64,000 bases of DNA from Felis catus (Eukaryota), in NCBI RefSeq assembly GCF_018350175.1, contig NC_058368.1:111664001-111728000 (forward strand), given 5' to 3'. Of this stretch, positions 23,323 through 35,800 are shown in pieces (the stretch's first letter is position 1; each line of letters opens with the position of its first letter). Under the pieces are notes generated by a model. The model did not search any database. It was not told where the DNA came from and saw only the letters and a list, made by a program, of their open reading frames with translations. The position numbers and the translations under genes are program-made.

Positions 23323-24013
23323 CAGTTGCTGCTCATGATTCACGGTGGTTACGTTCCAGAAAGTCACCACGACCCTGAAATAACAAGTGCTGGTCTGCTG
23401 TTCCTAGGGGAGATAGAGAGTTCAAGTCCTGTGAGCCTCTGGTCCTAGCATATTCATCAACTGATCGATACATAACCTAATGGGTTTTTGTTTAAAGAGA
23501 CCCTCTTTAATACGCGTGTGTGTATGTAAATATATATTTGGTTGATTAACCTGTATTTGACTGATACATACATTTGTTTGATCAACTATAACTCATGGTC
23601 AGTAGCACTTTAACTGATGTCTGATCAAAGCTTATCCAGCGTAGGTATTATCTCCAGGAGGCACACCACAGCCTTCCTGCCTCTTAGGAAAACCAGATAG
23701 CCCTTGAGCACTACATAGAGGTTATTTCCAACAGCCAAATCACCAACAAAAAGCACGAGTGTGTGGCCAACATGGCCCTGTATAGACGGTGAAAAGGGTA
23801 CTTGATTGCTAGATGAGAGCTCAAACAGGAGGCAGGGGGTCGCCTCGTTTAACCTGTGCTGGGAACGTGCATAGCTGGGGACTCAAAATTTTTGCTGCTC
23901 TATGCATGTCCACATGGGATCTTGAAAATGCTACAGGTATTGATTCTTGGGGTAACACAGTTGAACAAGGAGGCAGTCTGCATATACGGAACGTGAATAC
24001 TGAAGATAAGCCG
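23323..24013 (+). mobile_element. MER82 (TcMar-Tigger) DNA transposon, near full length
   Basis: Colinear with recalled MER82: 'cagttgctgctcatgattcac...tcctaggggaga...cctgtgagcctctggtc...aacagccaaatcaccaacaaaaagcac...gactcaaaattt...gtgaatactgaagata'. Confidence 0.85.
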
Positions 24014-24894
24014 CGTGTGGTAAATAACTCAAACGTCCGAGCCAGCTCAGCTGTGGGGGATGGAGCCAAGGTTGGGAGATGGCAGCCGAGCCCTGAGCCA
24101 CATGGAGAGCAGGGAGGTCTTCGAACGACAGCTGGGCCAGATGCTGGCCCAGCCCTGAGCAGAGAGAGGCCCTGGGCAGGGCTGCGGCTGAGTCGGAGGG
24201 CTTTGTCTGAGGCGTCCTGATGGGTTCTCCACGTATCACACACTTGAGCTGTTTACAGCAGTGGGTAGGAGGGATATGCTTCTTTTTACACTTTGGACAT
24301 ATTTTGAACATAGAAATGGAAAGAAACTTGTCTTGGCAGGATTTTCACCCTGTAGCCCCCTTCTGTACCCCCACTCACTGGTTTCATAGAGCATTGGCAG
24401 ACATGGAGGCATCCTTGGAAGTGGTTGTATGTTCTGTTGGGAGCCTGCGCATCTGTGCAGGTGGAAGGGGGGGAAGGCAGGGGCTATGACTTCCACCGTA
24501 GAGAATCCCTTCAAGCTTGGCTCAAGGGGGAAGGTGAGGGAGGGCTGGAAAGGAGCAGGGCAGGTCACCTCCTACAACTCCCCTATCTCTTGGGCCTCCT
24601 GGCAGACTTACATACATTCCATTAATCTTCTAGAGGCTGAGTTTGAGACCATGAAGGGTCCCTGGGCTCCAGTCACCTTAGGTTTAGGTGGCATCTAGGC
24701 TCAAAGAGGAGAGGTGCTTCACTGATCACCACAGAGCAGGGCTGGAGCTGGAGCCCAGGCTCCTAGACTCCCAGTCCAGTGCTCTCTCCACATCAGTACA
24801 ATGCCACTGCTGTTTCTTCTTACAGAGCCACTTTGCATATGGTGGATGGATTTGTTCTGTGAAGGGCTTTTTGTGAAGGATTGCCTGCAGTCCT

Positions 24895-25355
24895 GTGGAC
24901 TGGTTAGGAACTTGGGCTTTGGGGTCAGACTGTCAACCTTGGCATCTTGTCTTAGTCACTTGCTTTGTGACCTGGCACAAGTAACTTAACCTCTCTGTGT
25001 CTCAATTTGTTCATTTTCTTCTTGTAAAAACATGTCTATTTTGGAGAGAGAGAGTATGAGCAGGGGAGAGGCAGAGAGAGAAGGAGAGAATCCCATGCAG
25101 GCTCCACACTGTCAGTGCAGAGTTGGGCGCAGTGCTCGAGCTCATGAACCATGAAATCGTGAACCGAGCTGAAACTACAAGTTGGACACCCAGCTGACTG
25201 AGCCAGCCAGGGACCCCTGTTCACTTTCAGTTAAGGATAATAATACCTGTTACTCGAGACTGCACTGAGGATTTAATCAGTTAATATTTATAAAACATTG
25301 AGAACAGCCCCGAGCACAAAATTAGAGCTATGTAAGGATTTGTTAAATAAATAAA
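24895..25355 (+). mobile_element. MIR interrupted by a Can-SINE
   Basis: 'tggttaggaacttgggctttggggtcagac...gtgacctggcacaagtaacttaacctctctgtgtctcaattt' resumes after the SINE as 'ggataataatacc...tgaggattta'. Confidence 0.75.
25019..25217 (-). mobile_element. Can-SINE (SINEC)
   Basis: Antisense; TSD tgttca[t/c]tttc at 25008-25018 and 25218-25228. Confidence 0.9.
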
Positions 25356-25377
25356 ATGTATAAAGATGCTGTGATCT

Positions 25378-25563
25378 GGGGGCGCCTGAGTGGCTCAGTC
25401 AGTTAAGCATCTGACTCTTGATTTCGGCTTAGGTCGTGATCTCAGGGTTCGTGGGTTCGAGCCCTGCATCAGGCTGTGCGCTGACAGTGCAGATTCACTC
25501 TCTCCCTCTCTCTCTGCCCCTCCCTTGCTCTCTTTCTCTCTCTCTCAAAATAACTAAACTTAG
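25378..25563 (+). mobile_element. Can-SINE (SINEC)
   Basis: 'gggggcgcctgagtggctcagtcagttaagc...'; TSD core atgctgtgat on both sides. Confidence 0.92.
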
Positions 25564-25569
25564 AAAAAT

Positions 25570-25735
25570 GCTGTGATGTGGGGCCAATTACTCTTAGCCT
25601 CACTTTTACCATCTGAGAAATGGGGATAGATAATAATACCTGCCACAAAGGGTTGTCGTGATGACTCATTGTGACGAACATTGAATTTAAGATGCTTAAT
25701 ATGGTGTAACCTCTTAAAAACTCTCAGTAGCTTTC
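25570..25735 (+). mobile_element. MIR fragment
   Basis: 'catctgagaaatggggatagataataatacctgccacaaagggttgtcgtga'. Confidence 0.7.
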
Positions 25736-28700
25736 ATCATTGGTCTTCTTGTCTCCTGGTACCCTCGTTTCTATTGACACACGTCTGCCCTGAATGCAGA
25801 TGAGGGGAAGGGAGAGCAGACACAAAACATGGGCCAGGAGGAAGGGAGATGACAGGGGCCGCTGCGGTCGGCATGCCCATGAAGCCGGGGGGTGGCTTTG
25901 GGCCTTGAGTTGGCAAAGACCCTGTGACCAGCTGGGTGGAAGGTTCCCAGAAACAAGCGAGTGGGGAGGTGTTAGCTGTTGTCGGAGCCACGCCCTGCAG
26001 GGGGCTGCCTTCCCCTACCCCTGGGGACTCTGAGAACCCTCCCCATCAGCCCTGCGTCCTCCCAGGAGCCTCCTGCACAGGCTTTTGTTTGTCGGGGGCG
26101 GCCCCTCCACCTGCCCAGGCATCTGAGTGCAAGCAGAGCCAAGGGCACCAACAGGCAGTGAGAACGGCTGTCAGAGGAAGCGAGCGCGTGCAGAAAACTA
26201 CCCCCCAAGCTTTCTTTGGAAGGCTCAAGATACACTTCACAGGAAGCGTCAGCACAATTTTCTAATCAAGTTGAAGTCCGTGGCCCGTAGTTAGAAACAA
26301 TAAATGAAATGCAATTTGAGCCGGCAGTTTGCCTGAGTCCCCGTTTCTGGAAGTGGGTGTGGGTGAGAAGCTTGTCTTTCTGAGGGAAGAACTTGCCCTC
26401 TGTCACCCCCCTCCCGCCCCTGAACCCTGACCATTTCGCCCCCAGCCCCACCATCGGCTTGCAGGGGTGGGACCCTAGGACTTCATTTGAGGTAATCACT
26501 CCGAATCCTGATTTTGGTCTGTCAGGTCAAAGTCCACACTTCGCTCTAAATCAATGCAACTATTTAGCCCACTCTTTGTTTTTTCTCCTTCCAGCTCCTT
26601 CTACCTACCATGTTCAGAGTTTAGTCTCAGAGGTCATTGTTTAATCAATATTAAACCATTCACGTAGTTTAAGTGTTTACTTATGTGCTTTGAATCATAG
26701 CTCTCGGTAAGAACAAGTGATGCCCCTAATCTGCCTTCGCTGCGCTCCCCAATACCCTAATTATGTAATTTAGAAAAGAACATTTCCTGACAGCAGTTTC
26801 TCAGTGCGCAGCAACAAATGCCGACTGGGGACGGGACCAAACAACCTGGTAATAGCTAGCACATGGAGACCGCTGCCTCGGTCCAGGCAGCTCGGGGTTG
26901 GGGCGGCTGCCCGTCCGTTTGGGTTAAGGCTTTCAAATGATGGCGTATTAGTGCCAGAAGAAGTAATTCCACATGAAAAGAGCTGCAGCTAATAGCCCAT
27001 CTCCAGTCTCTCTGAGTTTGTGGAATAGGTCCTCACTGCAAATTGTTACTGACTCAGACAGTCAGGAACAAATATCTGACCCAGCCTGAGAGACTGACGC
27101 GGCCAAAGACGTGTCCAAGAGGCCAAGGTTTAGACCAAGTCGTTCTTCATGTCTTTGCCAACGCCCCCATCTTTGGTCCAGAGGCCGGGCCTGAGCGTTT
27201 CTCATATTTTCTTACTGCTTTTTGGAGGAGACCTGAGGGACCGCCATGCCCACGCCATCAAGCTAAGTAAGCATTTGAGGCGGTGTGGGTGTCAGGTTGT
27301 GCGGTCGGCAGAAACCAGGGTTTCAGGATACATCTGTACCTCAGTATCATCTGAATGATGTGTGTCACTCAGTGGTCGGTGTGGCCTTTCGGGGCAGGAG
27401 GGCCCTGAATGCCTTTCCCTTCGCCAGTCTGCCAGTGTCCGTGACTGGGCATCTCAAGCCCACTTCCCCTTGGGAGCAGAGCCCAGGGTGAATTTCTGTG
27501 GCCACGTGAGCCTACATGCTCACTAACCCAGCCGTTTCCCTAGCAGGAATGGAAAACTATCTTACTGCTTCTCCTTACCCTGTGGAGACCTCCGTCCAAC
27601 AAATATTCTGTTGCTATAGGAACCCAGCGGACGCCTTTGGGGGGCTCACCTGTCTCAGCATCTGGGGCATGTGGGGCCCAGCCCATCCTCTGAGAAATCC
27701 CGCAGCTGTGGGCTGGGGTTGCTCTGTAGCCATCCAGCCGCCATGGACCCGAGCTCTAGAAGGTCCCAGAGGAGGAGGAAGGGATGAGTTAGGAGCAAAC
27801 TGAGCTGCAGAAATTTTAATTTGGCTCTGAGTCCCAAACCAATGCATTCGCCTTTCTAGAAGCACCGGTTGCTATAGCGATGGAAGCAGTGCCAATCACA
27901 AGAGTTGTTTTTGTGGTTAGGGTTCCTGTCTTAGACAAAGAGAGTGAGGCCAAGCCTACAGCCTCAGTCCTGCCTGCCTTCCAAGGATTGGATATTGTCA
28001 AGGCTGGCTCCAGGAGGAGGGGTGATAGCCACCCAGACAGGTCTTTTTGCCTTCAAACTATGGTGAGGGTCCACTGGGTCCTTGCGCAAAAGGAGTGATC
28101 ACCTAGCATCCCAAGAGAGAACCCACAGGTGGGTTTACCGACAACGAAGAAGTGACTCTTTGGTTGTGGCACAAACTAGAAAGTCCTATGTCGGGGCAAA
28201 TTTACAGTAGAGCGTTCTTGATGAGCTTGTCTGTCCCTCGGAGCCTGGCCGCGGGCCCATAGGGGTCTGCTCATTCAGGCAACATTTAGGTTTGGGCTTC
28301 AAATGTTACCTCCCCTGAAAATTTTCCTAAGTGACAGAATGGAGGCCTTCTCTGTAGCTGGGTGCTTGTGTAGCTCGTTAACTCTCAAAGTGTCTTACAA
28401 ATATTTATCCACCTTAGGTCATTTGCAAACCTAACCCTGTCATCCCACCTCAAGGCTGTCCCTTCTAGCCAGGTTGCCCAAAGTGAAGTCAGAAGCCTTG
28501 GACTGGGGATTCCACGTTGGCGGATTCTGAAGAGCTGGCCCGAGCCGTTTGTTTATTTCTCTAGTCTGCCCTTCTTAGAGTTCCAGAATGTATCAGGACT
28601 TCCCAGTCCAGACACGCAAAGCCCTTTGCCCTCCCTGTCAGAGGTGAGAATATTTTATTTATGAATTCACCTTAAATCACTTTTAAAATCAGTTGTAATG

Positions 28701-31700
28701 AATGTTCTTTCTCTGCGATTATGTCAAAGCATCCAAATAGAGAGGGCGTTGGATAGGAGTGCGGTTTATTTTAGGCCAGGTCACCAACCAGTCCTCTTTG
28801 CCTTGCTTTCCCGGCTGGCATGGACAAAGCAGGGGAAGCCTATTTCGTTTTGTTCTCTGAGATCCCTGAAGTATATGTATTTCCTTGTAAAGAGGAAGGC
28901 CCCTGGGATTTGGAGGCCTGGGCCCTTCCCAGGGGCAACTGCCTGCTGCATGTCAGTGATATTTTCCCCAGGACCCACCCAGATGATTCCTGGGCTCCTG
29001 CCCCTCCCTGTCTCCTCAGCAACCCCTGCTCTCAGTTGCTTCGGGGCTGCTGGCCTCAAAGTGGCCAAACCTGAATTTGCCTTTGCTCCGGGTCTCAGAA
29101 CTTCTGACTAATGAAGGCTGACCCCTGGCGAATTTTCAGAAGCCATGGCTTGCCGGCACCCAGGCTGTTGGGTTGATAAGATAGGCTTTTGTGTATAGCA
29201 GGCAGGAGGGTACCAGCTTCAGTAAGGGCCATATCAAGGTGTTACTAATCCTTCTGCTGGCTAATGTTTGCCAAATAAATAGCCTCATTAGGAAGGGCTA
29301 TAAAAGTCTGATAAGATTCTTCTAATTATCCCCCAAAGCACAAATACTTGGGGTTTCAGTTTAGTATAATAGGAGACATCCAGAAAAGAGGGGAAAATGC
29401 GTGAGAGGGGCTATGTTTCTAGCCATAGCTTCTCCCCCGCCAACCTTAACACCGACCGGCGCATCTAGCATTTCATATTTTGCTTTTGCAAAAAAGCACA
29501 AATTGCTGAACAGAAGAAAAAAAAAGACAATGACATATTTTAGGTTACTATTTCACCTTTGCAAATCAATATACAAGCCATTAAAACTACATTTTTCCAT
29601 TAATGATAAGTGTAATTACCTCTCTCTTGCCATAAAAACTTGTCCTTATTAAATGTAAATATTTAAAAATGATTGAAATATATTTGAAGGGCACTTTATA
29701 GCTTGATTTTATATGCTGACATCTGGGTTGCCTTTCCTAAAACACTCTATTTCTTGGAGAGTTATTAAATTAGTATTTTGAAAGGACTAACACTAGACTT
29801 GTTCCTTGTTTCAATTTTAATTTCGTACATATTTAGATTTACTGGGAACTCAGAGAGGGTTTACATTTAACTAATACATCGTTATGTTTGCAGGGCTTGT
29901 ACACATAGAGGCTGTGATACTGTTTGTAGAGGGGATCTTTAAACATTTGGAAACCCCCGTCTCCGCATTTATTTTGTACCCCTGCAAAATATGAGTGGGA
30001 GAGTCGAGATTCCAAGGTTCTTGGCTGCAAATGTTTGATTTACCAATTCTTCTTTGGAGCAGGGTGATTGTTTTAAATATTTACTATACTTTTAATTGTG
30101 CATCATTTGGGACAGCGAGTACGTGATCGGTTTCTTTTAGAGATCTGTCCGAAGGTATTTAGTTTCTCTCCAAGAAAGAGACAACAGTGTGATAATTTTT
30201 TTCAGCTTCGCTCTTTGGAAGAGATCGCTTTTTCTTTAAAAGTTCACATTTTTAGTTGTCTCGCCCCACCTCTGTTTTTGGAAAGGTGAGATTGTTCAGC
30301 TCTATGCTGGAGAGGGTGTCAGCGAATGATAGAAAATCTAATATTTGAAAATACAGGCTTCAGTAGAATACCTAATTCCAGATGGCAAAAAGACCTTGCC
30401 CAAAAATGTGAAAGAATTCAATATTTGGTGGCTCAAAGGTTTTTTCACGATCAACAAATATTTCTGGGATGGATGTATTCCTGAGCTCTGCATAGGAAGG
30501 CAGCCATCCATGCAAGCCGCGCCGGGCTGCCCTTCAAACCCTCTTTGCTCTTTCCCTTCCACTGTGCTAAATCCTTGAGATGCGTAAAGATGTTATGATA
30601 GGCAGCGGGTCAAGTAATCTGCACATGTAGCTTTTTATAAATTTTTCTTTGCGAAGGAAAATTTTTCTTCAAATAAATCCCCCCAAATAAATGGTTTGTA
30701 AAAACAAAAGTCTGTTTGTTTTGAAATAGCACACAAGAAACCACATTATAACAATATCTCTCCTTATTTGAGTTCTGCCTGAGAAAAGAAATGTACCTCT
30801 CGTCAGCAATTTCCCTCATGATAAGCCTTTAAAAAATAAAGTTGTCTCTTGGGAGAAAATAAACATCGGGGAAGTGTAGGTATTGGTGACGAGGTGGCCT
30901 TGATTCACTTGTCCACTGGAAGTGCTTTATCTTTGTTTTCTTGCCTCCTGCTCTCTCTCTTCCTTTCTTTATAGTTCTGTTTGTGCAAATTTCCAAACCG
31001 TAAGCGTTTTCGAAATGTGTTGCTTTTGATTACATAGATACTTCTTGAATGAGAAATGTGCCATTTTTTTCTCCCCTCAAAGTGGAAATTTTAGACAAGT
31101 TTTGAAATCCATCTTTTGCCGAAACTCCTGGCAGCGTGTCTGGACTTTGCGGGTATTTTCACAGCGCCGCTGAAGGTGAGCAGATGAATGGGGAACCCGC
31201 AGTGCACCAGTCAGTAACTTGGGGATATTTCAGGAGGCATCGTTTTCTTACGTTAATGCCTTTGTAGGTTGCACCGACGTTCAGACATCAAAGAGCGTGC
31301 AATTAATAACGGGCATCTGGAGGGCCGATCACATGCTTCCGATGTTAGTGTGGTGTACGAACGACAGGGAAATCAGCCGTGGTCAGGTATTAGCTCTAAT
31401 TGTCATCGTTTCTAAACAGCAGCAATGAAGGCTTCTCTTTTGTGCTTGTGCTCTCAGAAACACAAGGGCTCACATACGGAAGGTTCCCGTAGACGCTTTC
31501 CCTCTGGTGGATGAGTGAATAATAAATGATTTGTAGAACTAGATTGTCAGCGTTGATTCAGATCACCTTAATTTCTTCAATAAATGCAAGCCCAGGGTTG
31601 TGTGAGCTTTTCCCTTGAAGCCCAGCATGGACGTGGGGCAACAGAGAGCTGGTTGTATGATTGGAGGGTTTTGTTAATCCTCACAGGTCTGCCCCTCTAT

Positions 31701-32639
31701 TTGTTTGCATTTTCCAAAATAAATGCGGAGCTCCTAGCACGAGGATAAGAGTCACTTTCTGCTTGCTGTGACCGAAGCCGTCTTTACTAATTCTTTATTT
31801 TCTCTCTTTTACGGTAGCCTGCTTCTCTTTTCCAAAGCGATATGCGTTACCCAACCCCAAGTAATATAAGATAGGGAGGTAAGACTGCATTTAAGCTCAA
31901 CAAAAATGCTCCAGAGAAATATGGCGCTCTGGGCTCTAAACGCTCGAGCACGTATAAAAACCTGCAACTATTTAACAGTAATTCTCATTTGAGTAGGTCA
32001 CAGATAATAAAGGAACGCTTGTTTCTGGGAAATTAAAAAAATGACATGGGGGGGAAATATTTATTTGCTCTCTACATTGGTCAAATGACTGGTGGATATT
32101 AAAAACTTGTAAACAGACAGATGCAACCAATTCTCTTTCATTAACGAATTGCAATTTCACAATCAAGAGAACGCATTAAAAAACGTCTACACTTGTGAGA
32201 AGCTGAAATCATCAGCGTTGGAGCCTGCCTTAAAAGTTATTTAAACATTTAATATTCTATGATTATATATTCTCATCGGTGCGGGGAAGAAAATGTTTTC
32301 TTGTAAATCTTGAAAGAACCAACCTGAACGTTAAAGTCTCCGTTGGTTGTTCAGCGAGCAAATGGACGGATCAACCTTGCATACATTTCTGTACGTTTGC
32401 CCCTTGACGAAATCTACCCAGTCACCAGCTTTGTTTCCCTGCTAAGGACAAGCCATATCAGCAGCTTGTTTTAAAATTAATTTGAAGCAGGGTGTATATT
32501 GCCATCAGCAAATACGTTATAGGCTTATTATTTAATAGTGATTCCCAGGCGAGGCCATCATCCTCTCTCTAAATCGCAATATAAATGCTGAAGTCATATT
32601 TGTTAAAACTGTCATTTTGGATTTGCGGCCCAGATTGTT

Positions 32640-32800
32640 TTCCTGAGTGCGCTGGGCTGGAGGCTCAAAGGCAGCTCCCAGCCGCAGGCACCCGGAGAGC
32701 CCAGCAAAGCTGCTCGCGGCCGGTGGCTGAGACGCTCCAGCCGCCCAAACCGCCTGCTTCCCCCAAACAGAGCTCGAGCTCCAGCCCGCTCATGGCTTTT
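32640..32800. promoter_or_regulatory. Small CpG-dense pocket (candidate regulatory element)
   Basis: 11 CpG counted in 32641-32790, non-repeat, flanked by AT-rich sequence. Confidence 0.4.
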
Positions 32801-35800
32801 CCACATTGTAAAATCATTTGATTTATTTGTTTGGTTTGGTCTGGTTTTTAGAAGCCCTGCAGAAATTATTTCCTACTGGCAGAGAGGGCACTCGGTGTTA
32901 CACTACATTAGTTTCACATCATTAGTTTAGGGTTCTCAAACTTAAAATTGTAAAGTATATGGGAGGCTTCTAGAGACCTCAGTTCTGACCAGAGCAGAAC
33001 CAATTAAACCTGATGGATTCCTTTCACTGTCTGTAACGTGTGAGGCCGTACGTAACAAAGTGCCGTGGCACTTCTGCGGGGTTCCCTCTGTTAGCTTTGG
33101 AATTTGGTGGTAGGAAATGTTACAGTTATTTATAAAGAGGAAAAACTCCTCTGTTGCCATTCCGGTTCTCAAAACACGTAATTTTATCATCGCTGCTTGT
33201 AGCCAGAAGCTAGGAAGGGGGTGCCGGTGACAGCCACGAGCCCCTATCTCTGGGCTGTCTCTCTCACCTCCAGCAGTTACTCGCGCTCTGGATTCTTGAT
33301 CTTTACAAGTAATTCTAAACCTGCTTGCGGACAGGGGACGAGCCTGGATTGGACCGCCCCCCCCCCACCCCCCCCCGCCTGTGGTCTGTCCAGGGGCAGC
33401 CGGGGTGGAGTGGGTGTTGCCGGAGCCTGGGGGAATCTGTGCCCTGAGTTGGGGACCCTCTAGGCCCAGGCTCCCATGGAGGTGTGCAGCAAGCGAGGTC
33501 AGCCCCCAGGTGGGGAGATGCAGGGCTCGAGTTCTGGAACACCTTCTCTGCACAGGGCTCCACAGGACGCGTCTGGCTGTGTGGCTCCCGGGGACCCATT
33601 CTCCTTCCTCTGTCTGGCTCTTCTTGCCCCGCGTGCTGGAGCTACACCATGGCCTTTGCGGGCAGCAGCCATGGGACCGGCTGCAGCCCTCAGGTGAGCA
33701 CTTCCCAAAGCTCTCCTGCCACCTGTTGGCCACTGGCGGTGGTGACGCCGGCAGAAGCCGCACTTGTGGGACCCGCCAGGCCTGGCTTTTGCACCCCGTG
33801 TAGGACTGCGAATAACTTCTCTGTGACAGTGCTCTTTGTTCCGGGGCCGAGGCCCACAGGCTGGCAGACCTAGAGCTGTCCCCTCAAGCCTCCGCAGGCT
33901 GCCCCCTCCCCTACCTTTCCTGGGCCCTCAACAAATGAAGTAAGCTGCCCAGGAGTACAATGTCCCAGGGCCCCGCCAGGATGCCTCCTATTCTGGCATT
34001 GCCATGCCTCTGAGGCAGCTGTGGTGCTGATCTAGGGTTGAGAGTTTTGCTGAGAAAGGAAGTCCACATGCCCTAGATCCTTATATGGCAGCGGCGTCTG
34101 GAGAGGCCTCGGTGTATGTCCCGGGTAACAGGCATGGTGGGAGACGCGACCAGGTGCCCCTGACGTGGTGCCCTTGCTCTGCCACGAGACAGTGGAGCAA
34201 AGAGGTTCCGGGTCAACCTGCTCAACTTGGGCTTTCTGGCCCCTCGGCAGGAGGTTCTGCACAGGCTTCTCCTATTTCCTTTTTCACCCCCTTTTCCTAG
34301 GGGGTGTTCCTAGGGAGTGGATAGACTACATAGCACACGGCCCTTCAGCCAAAGGTCAGAAACCGAGGTGTGGGAGGTTGACGGTATAGGAGAGTGCGAT
34401 GCCTTCTCATTGGAAGTTCTGGGCCTTGCATTGCATGATGAGCCGTCCCTAAATATTGTAGGTGAGCTGTTGTGTTCTGAGGAGGAGGCTTTCTGGGCTC
34501 TCATGTTGAGAATGTACCACAAACACGTGTGGGTTCCCCCTTGCAGAGAGCTCTGCGAGGCGCTCTTTAACCTGGCGGGCCTCTCGTTTGGTAGCCGTTT
34601 TGGGCATTTTTGGTACCCAAGCAGCGTAGCACTTGCATTTCTGAACCATCTGGGGGCAAAAGTAAACCTCTTTCCAGGTCCTGGAGGCACCGCGTCTTAG
34701 GAATGGATTTGGCCTGGCTTTGAACATGTCACATGTGGTTCAGGAGCCCTGAAGGTGGAGGTTCTGTGTGGTAGTGATGCTCTCATTCCTATTTTGGAGT
34801 AGGGGGCCGGGAGCTGTGGCTTTCCCCTGGGCCCCTCTAAGGGGGCCGAGAGTCACAGCTGCTGCTGGCCCACAGACTGGCCCATGACCCAGTTAGAGAT
34901 GCGATGTTTTCTCATTCCGTGGTAGTTTTATACACAAAGTCTACGTCACCCTCAACCGCACCCGCCTGCAGCCTGTGAGCGTGAAACAGCATCCGAGGTC
35001 CGGCGGGGCGTCCGTGCTTGACGCAGCTCAGCGGCATGGAGGGGCTGTTCAGGCATCCTGGTCTTGCGGCATGGGCCAAGGTGTTTCCATCTGGCTGATT
35101 TCCGTCTAACCCCAACACCTTCTCTCGGCTCTGTGGAAGGGGTCGGCCTTGAAAGCTGAGGGCGCCTGGTTTTAGGTGGTTGTCTCCTGGCTCATCTAAG
35201 GCCCAAAACGTTCTTACCTCCTGGCCTCTGAAATCGTGGAGAGGGACTCTGGTATTTGGCCAAATGGCTGCTGCGAACCCAGCCCTGAAAAGTTATTTTC
35301 TTAGTCAAGGGGCTCATGTGAGCCTTGGACTAGGGGTGATTTAGTCGTGTTTTTTCAGCTCACCTCATAATTTAATGTAGGAGAAATTCTTTGGCATGTT
35401 TCCTCCTGGGTGCCGACTGCCTTTGGAGCAGTTCTGTACAGAGCAATGCCCCATAGTCAGAAATCTTGTTACGCAGGCCTGGGCTTTCGGTAACTGCTGA
35501 GTGGTTCCCTGTAATCGCCCAGGTTGGCCAGCTCCGGGAGGGACAGAAATCCTCCTTAGCCTGGACTCACGTTTTTATGGAGAAGAAGGAATGCTGGAGA
35601 AGTGCATAAACCTCCAGTCCTCCCAGCCCTGTGAATGTGAAGAAAAGAAGGAAAAATCCTAGCCAGCTGGGTATTTACCCCGAGCACAAAAGCAGCCTCC
35701 CTCCCATCCACCGCCCTTTCATTTCCAGCCACTCTGACAGAAATACATTGCTGGCTGAATACACCTTCCCACAATACCGTCCATCATGCAGGTATTGGGG

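Noticed and set aside
32942..33763. 273-aa minus-strand ORF
   Set aside because: No recognisable domain; expected in GC-rich DNA with many overlapping ORFs
34460..34520. Peptide LLCSEEEAFWALM resembling a TBC-domain EEDAFW motif
   Set aside because: No upstream YxQG motif, no convincing splice acceptor and no other TBC-like exon; likely chance
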